This document shows, piece after piece, positions 41,406 through 53,961 of a DNA stretch of 63,971 nucleotides. Under the pieces are notes generated by a model that saw only the letters and a program-made list of their open reading frames with translations, did not search any database and was not told where the DNA came from. The position numbers and the translations under genes are program-made. The stretch's first letter is position 1; every line of letters begins with the position of its first letter. Origin of the DNA: Octopus bimaculoides (taxonomy: Eukaryota). The stretch lies in NCBI RefSeq assembly GCF_001194135.2, contig NC_068993.1:14042288-14106258 (forward strand), read 5' to 3'.

Positions 41406-41527
41406 TTTCGAACACAGAATTGCTATTAGAACAGCAGAAAGAGTAAATTATCCTTAGAATTTTTTCGCTTTGTAAGGGCAATTTAGCCAGTATTTCTGTT
41501 GTTCTATCGGCAATTCTGCGTTCGAAA
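41406..41527. repeat. Near-palindromic ~120-bp hairpin (inverted repeat with short loop)
   Basis: TTTCGAACACAGAATTGC…AGAACAGCAGAAA pairs with TTTCTGTTGTTCTAT…GCAATTCTGCGTTCGAAA. A third arm copy lies at ~41133-41200. Confidence 0.8.
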
Positions 41528-42299
41528 AAATGTCATCTAATTTATATCGTTCAATAAATATATATTTATATATGTGTGTGTGCCATTGTACGGGTGTTGG
41601 ACCGTGTGCCTTCATGTTTGTCAATACTCAAAATATGACAAATGGTGTTGGTTTGTTTACGTTCGGTAAAACGATATTATATAAACCAATCTCAAATAAG
41701 TCCCAGGTTAGATTTTACCTACTAAATGATCAAAGCGATGTCCCAGTATGACTAAAATATGTAAAAAGGAAATATATGTTTTCCTAAAGAAGGCTGATAT
41801 ACCATCTCCCTCTTTGAAAGAACTCTGTCAACAGTAACAACTGTGACAATCGTCGACTCAACGAAGTTTCATAAAGTGGTCGATGGATCAAATCACGCTT
41901 GGAACAACATCGGTTTAGTTGTAAAGTATTCAGAGGAAGAAAAAGCTGGTCATGGATAAAATGAATGCGATTGTATGTTTCATGTAAGGAAAATTGTCAA
42001 CAAGAATTTTGCAACAATACATTAGATATTTATTGTAAACAAAGCATTCGTAAGGTAGGCCATCAAATATATTTTATTGATGACTTCATGACGTCATATG
42101 CCTCCAAGAAGCAGCAGTTTAAAATATGTGGAAGCTCATGTCTTCCCTACTTAAATTTAGAACCCAAATGCGTCAATGTGGAAGTTTGTATGGAGCCGTT
42201 TGAATAAGAGATATCTCGGTCCACTAATATCACATTTTTGGAAAGCTCGAGTAGTGTGTATTCCAAGATAGTCTTTCTAGTCACAAGGCTAATTGATTT

Positions 42300-42500
42300 C
42301 AAACTTTTGGTTCAAGACCAATAATTTCGGGTGATGGAGTAATCGATTATATCGATACCATTACTCAACTGGTACTCATTTTAGCGATCCCAAATGAATC
42401 GTTTGTAAAGTGAATCACGGCGGGATTTGAACTCCGAACATGAAGACGGACCAATTGCAGCTAAACATTTTGCTAAGCATGTTACTCATCTCGCCGTCTT
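42300..42500 (-). mobile_element. SINE family A (decayed)
   Basis: GGCGGGATTTGAACTCCGAAC and AACTGGTACT are reverse complements of family A motifs. Confidence 0.7.
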
Positions 42501-43254
42501 AACACAGTGCTATCTAACCATGGCTAGAATGAAATCTGGTTATAGATCTGTTCAGTTCTAGTTTAGTTTGAATATATCCAACGACTAGCACAACAGTCAA
42601 ACAATCAAATAACAATTATACGAGTTGCCTACATTTTTGTCTATGTAGCTTGCCATTAGCAGATTAAATATTCAAATAAATAGTCAATGTTCTCCTGCAA
42701 ACATCCAATATGAATATCCATATTTCAACAACTCATTTATAAACTAACACAAGGAAAAAAGAGATTGCATCAACTTAAAGAATTAATCATCTTTCTTCGG
42801 AGCAGCATATTGTGAACATGAATAAATAAACAAATAATATATATTCGAATTTTATAAGTGGCAAGCGGCATCGAGTCAGATGTAAAATTCCATTAAAGTC
42901 GTTGCAGATTAATCTCAAATTGAATCTATTTCACTTCAGTTACACATGCAATATTTCTCAGAGTTGCAATGGGCATCATTGTCTCTCATCTTTCATAGCT
43001 AAGAGAAACTGACTTAATACCAGGCAATTAGACACTAATATTTCTCAGATTATATATTTTTTTTCTGTTGAGTAATGTTAAACGGGGAAATTTCAGCTAA
43101 TATTAAAGCTATACAATCACTTGACATGCCCAAAAATAACGGTTAAGAGCGCCCTGATACATTGTATATTACGTGTGAAAAAAATAAGAAAAACTACGCT
43201 GGGATTTGTATTAGAACAGAACTGACAAGTGGCAAAACATAAAACAACGATTGT

Positions 43255-43460
43255 CATATACCGGTTTCAAATTTTGGCAGAAGGCCAGTAGTTTCGGGGA
43301 AGGTAGTAAGGCGATTACATTGATCCCAGTGTTTAAGTGGTATTCATTTTGTCGACATCGAAAGGAGGAAAAGCAAAGTCGACCGCGGCGGAATTTGAAA
43401 ACAGAACGTAAATATCAGACAAAACGCCGCCATACATTTTGTCCGTTGTGCCAGCTGGTT
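43255..43460 (-). mobile_element. SINE family A
   Basis: GCAAAGTCGACCGCGGCGGAATTTGAA is the reverse complement of the family A core. Confidence 0.8.
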
Positions 43461-43999
43461 GCCTAGCAATGCCCGTATATTAAACCTATTATAATTAACG
43501 TAGATGCGGACGATTGACAAGCTAGAAATAACAGTCTAGTCTTCCATTTCGCTGCCTATCATTTTTATTTTCTTTTTTCAAATAAAGCAATAAGAACCAT
43601 ACCCGATCAGGGCTACCGTATGGCAAAACAAATATAACTTTGCCCATGACATATAGATAATATATCTAATACAGATGAAATATTTAAGCGCAACATACTA
43701 GTGGTAATTAAAGCAGCTACATCCCTTAGGCGTAATTTTGTACATATATGCTAATATAATGCATTAACATATAGTTACTATTCAGTACAGTTATAGCCAG
43801 TGAATGCCTTCAGGTATTTAGAGGTTGACACATTATTCTCTCGCAGTTTTCTGTAATGATTTAGTGTGGAACACGGCTTGCTTCATACTAAACACAATTC
43901 ATTCATTAAATATAAAATATTGTTCCCAGAACTCGGTTAGTTTATTTGCATTTTTGGAAATTTTAACATACTTAATGTACTGAGGAGCAAATCTACATA

Positions 44000-44210
44000 T
44001 TGGATTTAAATTTTGGCACAAGGCCATCAATTTCAGGGAAGGGGGTAAGTCGATTACATCGATTACATCTCAATTGCCACTTATTTATCGATCGGGGAAG
44101 GATGAAAGGTACAGTCGATTTCGGTAGAAGTTGTTCTCACAACGTAAAGACCAGACGAAATACTGCCAAGTATTTTATCCGGCGTGGTAACAATTCAGCC
44201 ATCTCACTGA
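44000..44210 (-). mobile_element. SINE family A
   Basis: GGAAGGATGAAAGGTACAGTCGATTTCGG…ACGTAAAGACCAGACGAAATACTGCCAAG. Confidence 0.8.
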
Positions 44211-44240
44211 TTTAAATTAAATCGACATATTATCCAACAA

Positions 44241-44560
44241 GGAGGCGCAATGGCCCAGTGGAAATTGCAGCGGACTCGCGGTTGGAGGATCGCAGATTCG
44301 ATTCCCAAACCGGGCGTTGTGTGAGTTTATTGAGCGAAAATACCTAAAGCTCCATCAGGCTCCGGCAGGGGCTGGTGGCGACCCCTATTGTACTCTTTCG
44401 CTCCAAGTTTCTCTAACTCTTTCTTCCTGTTTCTTTAGTAAAGCTGCGATGGACTGGCGTCCCGTTCAGCTGGTGGCGGGGAACACATACGCCATAGAAA
44501 CGGGAAAACCGGGCCCATGACCCTGGCTAGGCTTTAAAAGGGCGCATAAATAAATAAAAT
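44241..44560 (+). mobile_element. tRNA-derived SINE, OR1/OR2-like head with tail type 1
   Basis: GGAGGCGCAATGGCCCAGTGG (box A) and TTCGATTCCC (box B). The first 194 bp are shared with the copy at 62421-62804. Ends in an A-rich tail. Confidence 0.85.
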
Positions 44561-44596
44561 GAATTAACTAACAATTAATATGATTTCAGTTAATAG

Positions 44597-44985
44597 GGCA
44601 GTGAGCTGATAGAATCGTTAGCACGTCGGTCACAATACTTGGCGGCATATCGACCGTCTTCACATTGAGTTCAAACTCTGCCCAGGTCTACTTAGCATTT
44701 CACCCATTTGGGGTCTATACAATAACTACCATTTGAATGCTTGTTTGTCCCCTCTATGTTTAGCCCCTTGTGGGTAATAAAGAAATAAGAAACATTAGCA
44801 CGCCGGGCGAAATACTTAGCGATATTTCGTCTGTCTTTACGTTCTGAATTCAAATTCTGCCGAGGTCGACTTTGCCTTTCATCCTTTAGGGGTCAAAAAA
44901 TTAAGTACCAGTTGCGTACTGTGGTGGATCTAATCGACTTTCCCCCTCCCGCAAAATTTCTGGCCTTGTGTCTAGAGAAGAAAAG
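44597..44985 (+). mobile_element. SINE family A, head-to-tail dimer
   Basis: Copy 44597-44790 ends in the TTGTCCCCTCTATGTTTAGCCCC…AATAAAGAAATAAG tail (also seen at 51975-52208), immediately followed by a second copy. Confidence 0.8.
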
Positions 44986-45487
44986 AATATTTTCACATAA
45001 AGCTCCAATGTTTTATCTTAATCTTTTAATTTTTCTGCACAGCATACCGCCACAATCATAAATCTTAGTTTTCCAGTAGATGGCGTGACTGAGTAATTTA
45101 GATTAATTCATTTTCTAAGTTAAATTAAATTTTCTTAGAGAACCATTTTGCACTGTGGTGAGGTTACTTCCCAGTTTCCTAACAATACCTCAGCCAGTAT
45201 GGTTTCATTCTAACAAAACTGGTCTAGATTTATCTGCTATACCTGATGGAATAATATCACTCATTCATTAATATATTCTTTTTAACTTCAGTGCAACGTT
45301 ATTGTGATTATTTTTTCTGCACTTCCTGAAATATGATAGCATCAATTTTATGTTTTAAGTTATTTGGCAAAGCATGAAAACTAATTAATTGAAAGCTGTG
45401 AAAATGAACAAAAACAGCGCTTAAAATACAAAAACGTATTTTGGATTTAAAAGCTACTGCTATTTTCAATATTTCCTATCTAAAAAA

Positions 45488-45690
45488 GGCGGTGAGCTGG
45501 CAGAAACGGTAGCACGCCGGGCGAAATGCTTAGCAGTATTTCGTCTGTGTGTACGTTCTGAGTTCAAATTCCACCGAGGTCGACTTTGCCTTTCATCATT
45601 TCGGGGTCGGTAAATTAAGTACCAGTTGCGTACTGGGGTGGATCTAATCGACTGACCCCCTCCTTGTGCCGACAGTAGAAAAGAATGTTA
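45488..45690 (+). mobile_element. SINE family A, best-preserved copy
   Basis: GGCGGTGAGCTGGCAGAA…GAGTTCAAATTCC (box B)…GAGGTCGACTTTGCCTTTCATC…AAGTACCAGTTGCGTACTGGGG. More than 12 homologous copies in the window. Confidence 0.9.
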
Positions 45691-45699
45691 CCTGTCTAA

Positions 45700-46035
45700 A
45701 AGGCTGCGAAGTGGCTGAATCGTCAGCATGCTTGGCGAAATGCTTTGGGACAGTAATTTTGTCTTACCGCCTTTCCCCCTAATTACTGGCCTTATGCAAA
45801 AATTTTAAACCAATATTTCGTAAATAAAAGTCTGCGAAATATTTGGCAAAATACTTAGCGGACATTTGTCTGTCTTTATGTTCTCAGCTCAAATTCTGCC
45901 GAGGTCGACTTTGCTTTTCATCCTTTCGAAGTCGTTAGAATAAGTAACAGTTGAAAACTGGGGAGGTGGGGGTCAATATAATTAACTTATCCCTCCCCCA
46001 ATATGGCCGGCCTTTTACCAAAATTAGAAATTAAG
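45700..46035 (+). mobile_element. SINE family A, two further decayed copies
   Basis: GGCGAAATGCTT… head remnant at ~45700-45800. CAAATTCTGCCGAGGTCGACTTTGCTTTTCATCCTTTCG at ~45890-45930. Confidence 0.75.
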
Positions 46036-48099
46036 ATTTCCTCTATAATATACAATATAATAGGCAATGTTATACACGCTAAATGCATAAATGTGTCAGT
46101 CGTTTATTGGGCTACGAAAAATGTAATAGTACAAGGATTAAGTCTTTTGTCTTGTTGACTGGAAAGTAGGAAATTACACACATATTACAAACCTTGTCTG
46201 AATAGCTGTAACATAGTCGATATTACTAAGCAGAGATATTATCCTGTTTGTGGTCTGAAACCGGACGACACGATAAGTCTACCATCTAAGAAGAGCAACG
46301 GTTTCCCCAGTGTGCCTCACAATAGACAAAAATACACTCGAAAACGTTGACTCGCAGTGGACTTGAACTTGGAACCATGGAGTTGTGAAGGTTTCTTCTC
46401 AACTATACAACTTTTCCTACATCACAGCTTGCCTTCTCATGTTCCACTCTTCATGCCAAAATAATACCAACAATATAAAGATAAAATTTCACATATTCGT
46501 TGTTTAGCTTTGTCTCCCAAGTGATCCAGCGAACATGATTGACGGCATCTAAGGTGGTATCATATCGTATTTTATTCAGACATAACAAATATAATACTAA
46601 TTAAAATGTTCTTCTATACTTACGACTATTAGGTAAGATTAGAAGGGGATACGTTTGCTATATAAATAGTCTATCGATAGAAAGTGGAACTCAGCGCAAG
46701 GTTATAGATTCTCTTTCATCTGTTTATCTGAAACCAGGGTCTAATAATCATGCATCTCTGTTCATTAGTAATTCATTAATGTTGTTTTTCTTCGTAGTCT
46801 AATTATTTCTTAATTCTCAACGAACGCTATATTAAATAATATCAAGCTCCCAGGCTAATAGGGGGCATTCGTCCATCATTTTCGCTGGAAAATTCACCAG
46901 ATTTTCTGGACAACCACGAAATCGCAATATAATAGCTATATCGAAAAGGCAACTGCTGCTCTGTGACACAGTTAAAGTCAGAAAATTAACGCTAAAGGAT
47001 ATATATGACCTATAATTCTGCCATATATTTCAGAGCAGTGACATTCATCAAATCATAAAACGTTTACTATGTATTACAAATTCGAATTAAGACGGTAGCT
47101 GCAAATCCATTCAGAGTCACATTTTAGTATTTTCCACACGTTGCATCGTTCATACAACCACTAAATAACGCCTTATAGCTATACTTACTAGAACCGTCAT
47201 TACTTAATACGAATGACACTATATTAAATTGTTTAACAGAGTGATAACGAATTTATTTAACCAAGCATAATGTAAGCTAATTAGGTTGTAACCTAATTAC
47301 GCACACATTTGCGTATGCACGCTCACGCATACATACATGCACACATATACACATGCACACATGCACACATGTATAAATTCATATATATAAATTAACTAAA
47401 GCACAAATAGACACGTGAGCATATATTTGTACGTGTATAAATACACACATATATATATGTATGTATGTATATATGCTCGCGTTTGGATTGATGAATCATA
47501 TATATGCATGTATATATACGCATTTTAATTTACGCATGTTCCATCGTGTGTCCTTTCGGTGAACTCGCTGAGACGAAATTTCTTGCAACTAATTTTTTCT
47601 AGGTCATGCCGTTAATGAAATTCTAAGTTGGCAGATTGCAAAGCATTGCTAAATTGTAATTGAAAAGAATGAAAAAGTGTGAAGACCTCGCATTCTATTT
47701 CTTTCAACGTATTTTTTTCACTCTGTAAACCTATTACCCATTCATTTCACGTTAAGTTATTTTGCATCGGTAAATATATATATATATATATATANNNNNN
47801 NNNNNNNNNNNNNNNNNNNNNNNNNNNNNNNNNNNNNNNNNNNNNNNNNNNNNNNNNNNNNNNNNNNNNNNNNNNNNNNNNNNNNNNNNNNNNNNNNNNN
47901 NNNNNNNNNNNNNNNNNNNNNNNNNNNNNNNNNNNNNNNNNNNNNNNNNNNNNNNNNNNNNNNNNNNNNNNNNNNNNNNNNNNNNNNNNNNNNNNNNNNN
48001 NNNNNNNNNNNNNNNNNNNNNNNNNNNNNNNNNNNNNNNNNNNNNNNNNNNNNNNNNNNNNNNNNNNNNNNNNNNNNNNNNNNNNNNNNNNNNNNNNNN

Positions 48100-48154
<55 letters not shown>

Positions 48155-48384
48155 CTGTGTGTGTGTGTGTATGTATCCATACACACACGCACAAAAATAG
48201 AACAGAGAAAAGAGCCAGAGGAACTGAGCCATGATATATAACGAATGCAGATATAGACACACACCAGGCTTTCTAGAGAGTTAGGCATATTTTATTTGTC
48301 TGTTTGTGTACGTGTGTCTATCTGTCTGTCTGTTACAGAGTATATATGCACTCATGCATACATACATATCTTTTATCGTTTATC

Positions 48385-48812
48385 TTATATCTTTTACTAG
48401 TTCCAGTCATTAGACTGCGGCCATGCTGGGGCACCGCCTTAAATAATTTTAGTCGAATGCATTTACTTTTTTAATGCCTTGTACTTATTTTAATGTTCTC
48501 ATTTCCCGAACACTTAGGGTACAGAGGACACAAATACATGAATACCTGTTGTCAAGCAGTGGAGTGGGACGTCACTGACACAAAGATATACACACACACA
48601 CACAGGCACACACACGCGCGCACATACACACATATATATATATGTATACATACATATATGCAACGAGCTTCTTTCAATTACCATTTATCAAATGTATTCA
48701 CACAGATTTGGTCGGACTGAGGGTATCATCGAAGACACTTAACGGGGGTGTCAACCCAGTGGAGCTGAACCTGGAACCATGTGATTCGGTTCGGAAGCAA
48801 GCTTCTTACGAG
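48385..48812 (-). mobile_element. SINE family C, near full length
   Basis: Tail GACTGCGGCCATGCTGGGGCACCGCC and head CTGAACCTGGAACCATGTGATT…GGAAGCAAGCTTCTTAC, with a central CA/TA tract. Confidence 0.85.
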
Positions 48813-49586
48813 ATACTCACATATATATCAATATATGCATACACGTATACACACACACACAGATATATATATATATATATATATATACAGAGAGAGAGAA
48901 AGAGAGAAAGAGAGATAGATAAATAGACAGATAAATAGATAGACAGATAGATAGACAGATAGATAGATAGATATATAGATAGATCGATAGATAGATAGAT
49001 AAATAGATAGATAGATAGCTACATACATACATACATACATACATACATACATACATACATACACACACACATACTTTTATATACGTTTCTGCTTGTCTTT
49101 GTGCTGGTGTTGTGCTTGTATTACGAAAGAGTTTTTTGTACAATACAGTTATTTTTGTTAGATTTTGCCTTCTTAATATAGCAGTTCGTCAACAGTATAA
49201 GTAACAGATTCACAAACAAGCACTGCGGTCGATTTGATTAACTAACCCTGTAAGTGCATAGACTAGCATGGACTTGGACATATATATGTGTGTGTGTGTG
49301 ATAGAGTGGGTATGTATGTGTGAGTGTGTGTGTTTATGTGTGCATATGTATGTATATATATATACATATATGAATATGTTGTGTATTCAGTCAGTTATTG
49401 TATGCATAACTGGAGGAACAAAACTCCATTTACTCTGTGAAGTACATATATGTCGTTATACATTGTACACAGTCGTGGTATCACCGAACCAACCTTAGTT
49501 CTTTCACTAGTTAGATACATACTTCTCTCGAATGCTGCAGAAAATATATTTATGTATGTATGTATGTATGCATGTATGTATGTATG

Positions 49587-49637
<51 letters not shown>

Positions 49638-49647
49638 ATATCTATCC

Positions 49648-49739
<92 letters not shown>

Positions 49740-49759
49740 CTAAAACTACACATATCTTT

Positions 49760-49911
49760 TTCTCTCCTTGTTTCTTTCTGTGTTCCTTTCTGCGGAAGAG
49801 CGTAGGCTCGAAACGTTAAAGACTTGTTCTATTCGCTAGCGTTATACTAATATATCTGTTTGTTTTCTACACCACCTGTCTTTTTCTGTTGCTTCTTTTG
49901 TGAATTCTCCC
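49760..49911 (+). mobile_element. Hammerhead-bearing repeat, copy H5
   Basis: Body closely similar to H1 (…CTGTTTGTT…CTACACCACCTG…AATTCTCCC), followed by (TA)n. Confidence 0.75.
49786..49821 (+). ncRNA. Minimal type I hammerhead-ribozyme-like motif (core variant A6C, extra A after A9, palindromic ACGU stem III)
   Basis: CUUU/AAAG stem I; CUGCGGA versus canonical CUGANGA; GAGC/GCUC stem II with a GUAG loop; GAAA; ACGU; putative cleavage after GUU. Structure was read by eye and activity is untested. Confidence 0.6.
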
Positions 49912-50424
49912 TATATATATATTACATTTGTTGTGTGTGCAGGCTTATGTCTTGTATGCTTGGGCTAGTGTGGGTAGATATATGTGCATGTGTAAGAAAA
50001 CAATTGTAATTACAAAAATGAGATGATAATTAGAGTATAAAAAAAGAGAATTCCTTGCAAATTTGGGATGAAAACGTGGAATAATTGAATAAAGAATACA
50101 ATGGACGATGGGATTTACATGGGAAAATAAGAGAATGTTATTTTGAGTAACAACGTTAATCTAATGAGACAAAGCGAACTATAAGAGACGAACAACGGAT
50201 TAGGAAACATGGAGTGAAGAATACATTTTCGGAAAAAATATATACCTTCCAAGTAGAATGTTGAGATAAAATTAAAAGTAATCTCCTGTTTTGTTTAGTT
50301 ATATAAATCCAATAATACAATTAAAAGCACATTTTGTTTCGTTTCACGCATGGTATTAATGGCGTACACATATGTAATAGGAGATACGAGAACCCACATT
50401 CTAAAAGCACAGATACACCTACAC

Positions 50425-50840
50425 GTAGATTGCGGCCATGCTGGGGCATTGCTTTGAAGTATTTAGTTGAGAAAATCAATCATACTAGAAATTCCGATTT
50501 TTTTAAAATCTAGTACTTCTTGTGGTTACTTTCACTGAACCATTAACGCTCTGAGACATGGAAATATTAATACCGTTGGTAAGCGTTGAGATGTGGCAGC
50601 AGGAAAACGCGCACACGTATACGAGTGGGTACTGAAAAGTTCCTGGCATTAAGGGAATCACTAAAGGCCTGGCTAGAGACCCAACCCTCCTAGTTTCTTT
50701 ACAGTGTTTAGAAAAAGCCTGAAGGATCTCTGCAATAAGTGTGTGAATGTGAGACGGGAATATGTTGAATAATATAATTAACTGATCCTCCTATATTTTT
50801 TTTTACTGAAAGACTTTTCAGCACATCTCCTGTATATATA

Positions 50841-50917
<77 letters not shown>

Positions 50918-51215
50918 NNNNNNNNNNNNNNNNNNNNNNNNNNNNNNNNNNNNNNNNNNNNNNNNNNNNNNNNNNNNNNNNNNNNNNNNNNNNNNNNNNN
51001 NNNNNNNNNNNNNNNNNNNNNNNNNNNNNNNNNNNNNNNNNNNNNNNNNNNNNNNNNNATATATATATATATATATATATATACGGGTCTACACGCAGAT
51101 TCTCTCGCAGATTCACTCACAAGGCACTGGTTGGCCAGCGGCTACAGTTGAAGACACTTACCCAGGATGTGCTGCAACAGGACTGAACCCCAAACCACTT
51201 GGTTGAATAGTTGAT
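50425..51215 (-). mobile_element. SINE family C interrupted by the mariner MITE and a gap
   Basis: Tail at 50425-50605 (GATTGCGGCCATGCTGGGGCA). Head at 51095-51215 (GAAGACACTTACCCAGGATG…GGGACTGAACCC). Confidence 0.65.
50620..50834 (+). mobile_element. Mariner-derived MITE / internally deleted mariner
   Basis: Imperfect TIRs TACGAGTGGGTACTGAAAAGT and ACTTTTCAGCACATCTCCTGTA with TA ends. Internal NKCVNVRREYVE* matches the mariner C-terminus. Confidence 0.75.
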
Positions 51216-51974
51216 AAGAGATCTAAATTACACGCTCGAACCTGTTTCTGAATAGACGTGTTGTATGCGTATACTGAAGTATGTAAAGTAAGCAATAAAA
51301 GAATAAATAACTCAATAGATGTCATCACGATTGTATATTTACAACCAGTTGAGGTTTCTTTTCTCGATATTTTGTATACAACGCCTGCCATGGCACTGAG
51401 ATACTCAAAAGGGTGAAATTTATTTTACAACTGAATTGTTAATGACAATACAATTTGTATTTTCCTATTAGCAAGTTCAAAATAATGTGATAGCAAGAAT
51501 TTATAAATTGGGAGAAAGTCTATTTGATAGAATAAGATAAAGGGGAATGTCTACCGCCAAGAGGTTAAATTCTAAAGAGGCACGAATTTGAAGATTTATG
51601 AGATGAAGTGTAAACTTCAAGTCGTGATATTTATTCGTGTTTGAAAAACGTTAACCTCGCAAGAGAAAACGATAAAGTATAAAGTATGTTTTCTTCGTTC
51701 AGCACGAACAACTCTTAGCTAGTCGCCTTGAACGCTTTATGATTATGAATACAGATTTGTTATATAAATACATGTGGCATTTCTTTGGGAGGATATAAAT
51801 CGTCAATACATTCGCTATGTCACTAATTGTTCATTTATTCGACTCGAACTGATAAAAGGGATTTGAACTTAGAGACTAGATAAACAAAACTAGATAACTA
51901 GTTTAATACTGTGCTCATCCAGCTGTCTCCACTTCCTTAGTATTTTAAATATAAACCAACTGCCATATTTATAT

Positions 51975-52208
51975 TTATTTCTTTATTGAGCACAGGAGGC
52001 TATACATAGAGGGGACAAATAATGACAGACAAAGGGATTGAGTCGATTACATCGATCTCAGTGCGTAACTGGTACTTATTTAGTCAACCGCGTAAGGATG
52101 AAAGGCAAAGTCGACCTCGGCGGAATTTGAATTCAGAACGTAGAGACAGACGAAATACCGCTAAGCATTTGGCCCTGCGTGCTAACGTTTCTGCCAGCTC
52201 GCCGCCTT
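51975..52208 (-). mobile_element. SINE family A, near full length
   Basis: GGATGAAAGGCAAAGTCGACCTCGGCGGAATTTGAATTCAGAACGT…CTGCCAGCTCGCCGCC. Confidence 0.9.
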
Positions 52209-52348
52209 AACCTCCATACTTATACTTGGACAAACATGACGCTGTGATTTCTGTACAGTCTAAGCCGGCTCATACATACTCATACTAAGTTACGATTTAA
52301 AGCTGAATTCTACCTCAATTCACTAAGAATAATAACAACAACACCAAC

Positions 52349-52409
<61 letters not shown>

Positions 52410-53123
52410 TCTCTCTTTAAAGAAATTCGTGGCAGATGTATCAACGAAGTTCTAGTAAATATTTATTCTTCAAAGTTTGTGTTGAAATAAATATCTGAAT
52501 CCAGACGTTGCTGCGGTAATTATCTAGAGGAAGAAATTGTTTACATGACTACAGAGGGTAGAAAAGCCTTAGCTTTAAAAATACTTATAGTCATCTGCCA
52601 ACGAATATGAATATGAAACCTTTGTTTAATATCTGGGAAATTTCTGTTTTAAATTGACATTTTATCTGTGACTCTGCCCCGTTCAACTTTTTCCTCTAAA
52701 CACGTAGATATATAGATGTATGCAAACATACACACAATACTATACGAACATACGTACACAAATACATACACCTATAAAATCGCACACAAAGCAGAAATAA
52801 ATTGAATTGTTAGATCTGTTAGATGAGAATTAATTAATTTCTACAAGAAATAGCTTTTATATTCTTCAATCCTTGTTTATATTATAATTCCAAGTGTTTT
52901 TTTTTTCTCGGTTATTCGTGGCTTTCATGGTATTATTCATGTATTTAACTGCCTTTGTTTCCTTTTTCCAGACGTAGTATTGTATTTCTTAGTCACGTCA
53001 TTATAAATTACTTTGTATGTGAGTGTTTCCAGGGAAGCCGTATTAATATCTCTGTAAGAAAACAGTAATGCTCCCCCAACTACACAAGCACATGGAAACC
53101 TAAATATATGTGTTGTGTGTGCG

Positions 53124-53170
<47 letters not shown>

Positions 53171-53361
53171 NNNNNNNNNNNNNNNNNNNNNNNNNNNNNN
53201 NNNNNNNNNNNNNNNNNNNNNNNNNNNNNNNNNNNNNNNNNNNNNNNNNNNNNNNNNNNNNNNNNNNNNNNNNNNNNNNNNNNNNNNNNNNNNNNNNNNN
53301 NNNNNNNNNNNNNNNNNNNNNNNNNNNNNNNNNNNNNNNNNNNNNNNNNNNNNNNNNNNNN

Positions 53362-53396
<35 letters not shown>

Positions 53397-53892
53397 AGTA
53401 CGTATAGCTATATGTATAGCTATATATATACATAAGTACGTATAGCTATATGGCTAAATTCTTTGTGAAACGCGGTGTTTCGAAGTTATTCTCTCTGCAT
53501 AGTAGCTATGGCACTTGTAAAACTTTCACAAATGTGTTTTTGCAACACACATGATATACTCCAAAGTCACCCCTTCTTCATTAAGATCTCTCTATCAATA
53601 AACTACCAGTAATCGTTTTGCAGTAATGTACGGCTTCTATAAGTATCGTCTATGTTGACTATTTACTACCATTTCCTTCGAAACACTCACTATGTTGTCA
53701 TACATTTTGATCCACTTCTATCCCTGCGTTATAAACCCGTCAAATTTTGCTTATTTTTCAATACTGATAAGACGTTTTACAATTGTACTTTTACGTTTTC
53801 ATAACTACTTATTGTGCACCTTATCCGAGGATTTAAACACACACACACACATACAAACACATATGCACATACACACATATACACACAAACAT

Positions 53893-53949
<57 letters not shown>

Positions 53950-53961
53950 AACACACATATA

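Noticed and set aside
46170-46350. YYPVCG motif suggesting a Kazal domain
   Set aside because: Cysteine spacing and the downstream G.TY.N.C motif are absent.
47603-47652. Candidate terminal exon GHAVNEILSWQIAKHC*
   Set aside because: Good acceptor, but only 16 codons and no homology; expected by chance at this frequency.
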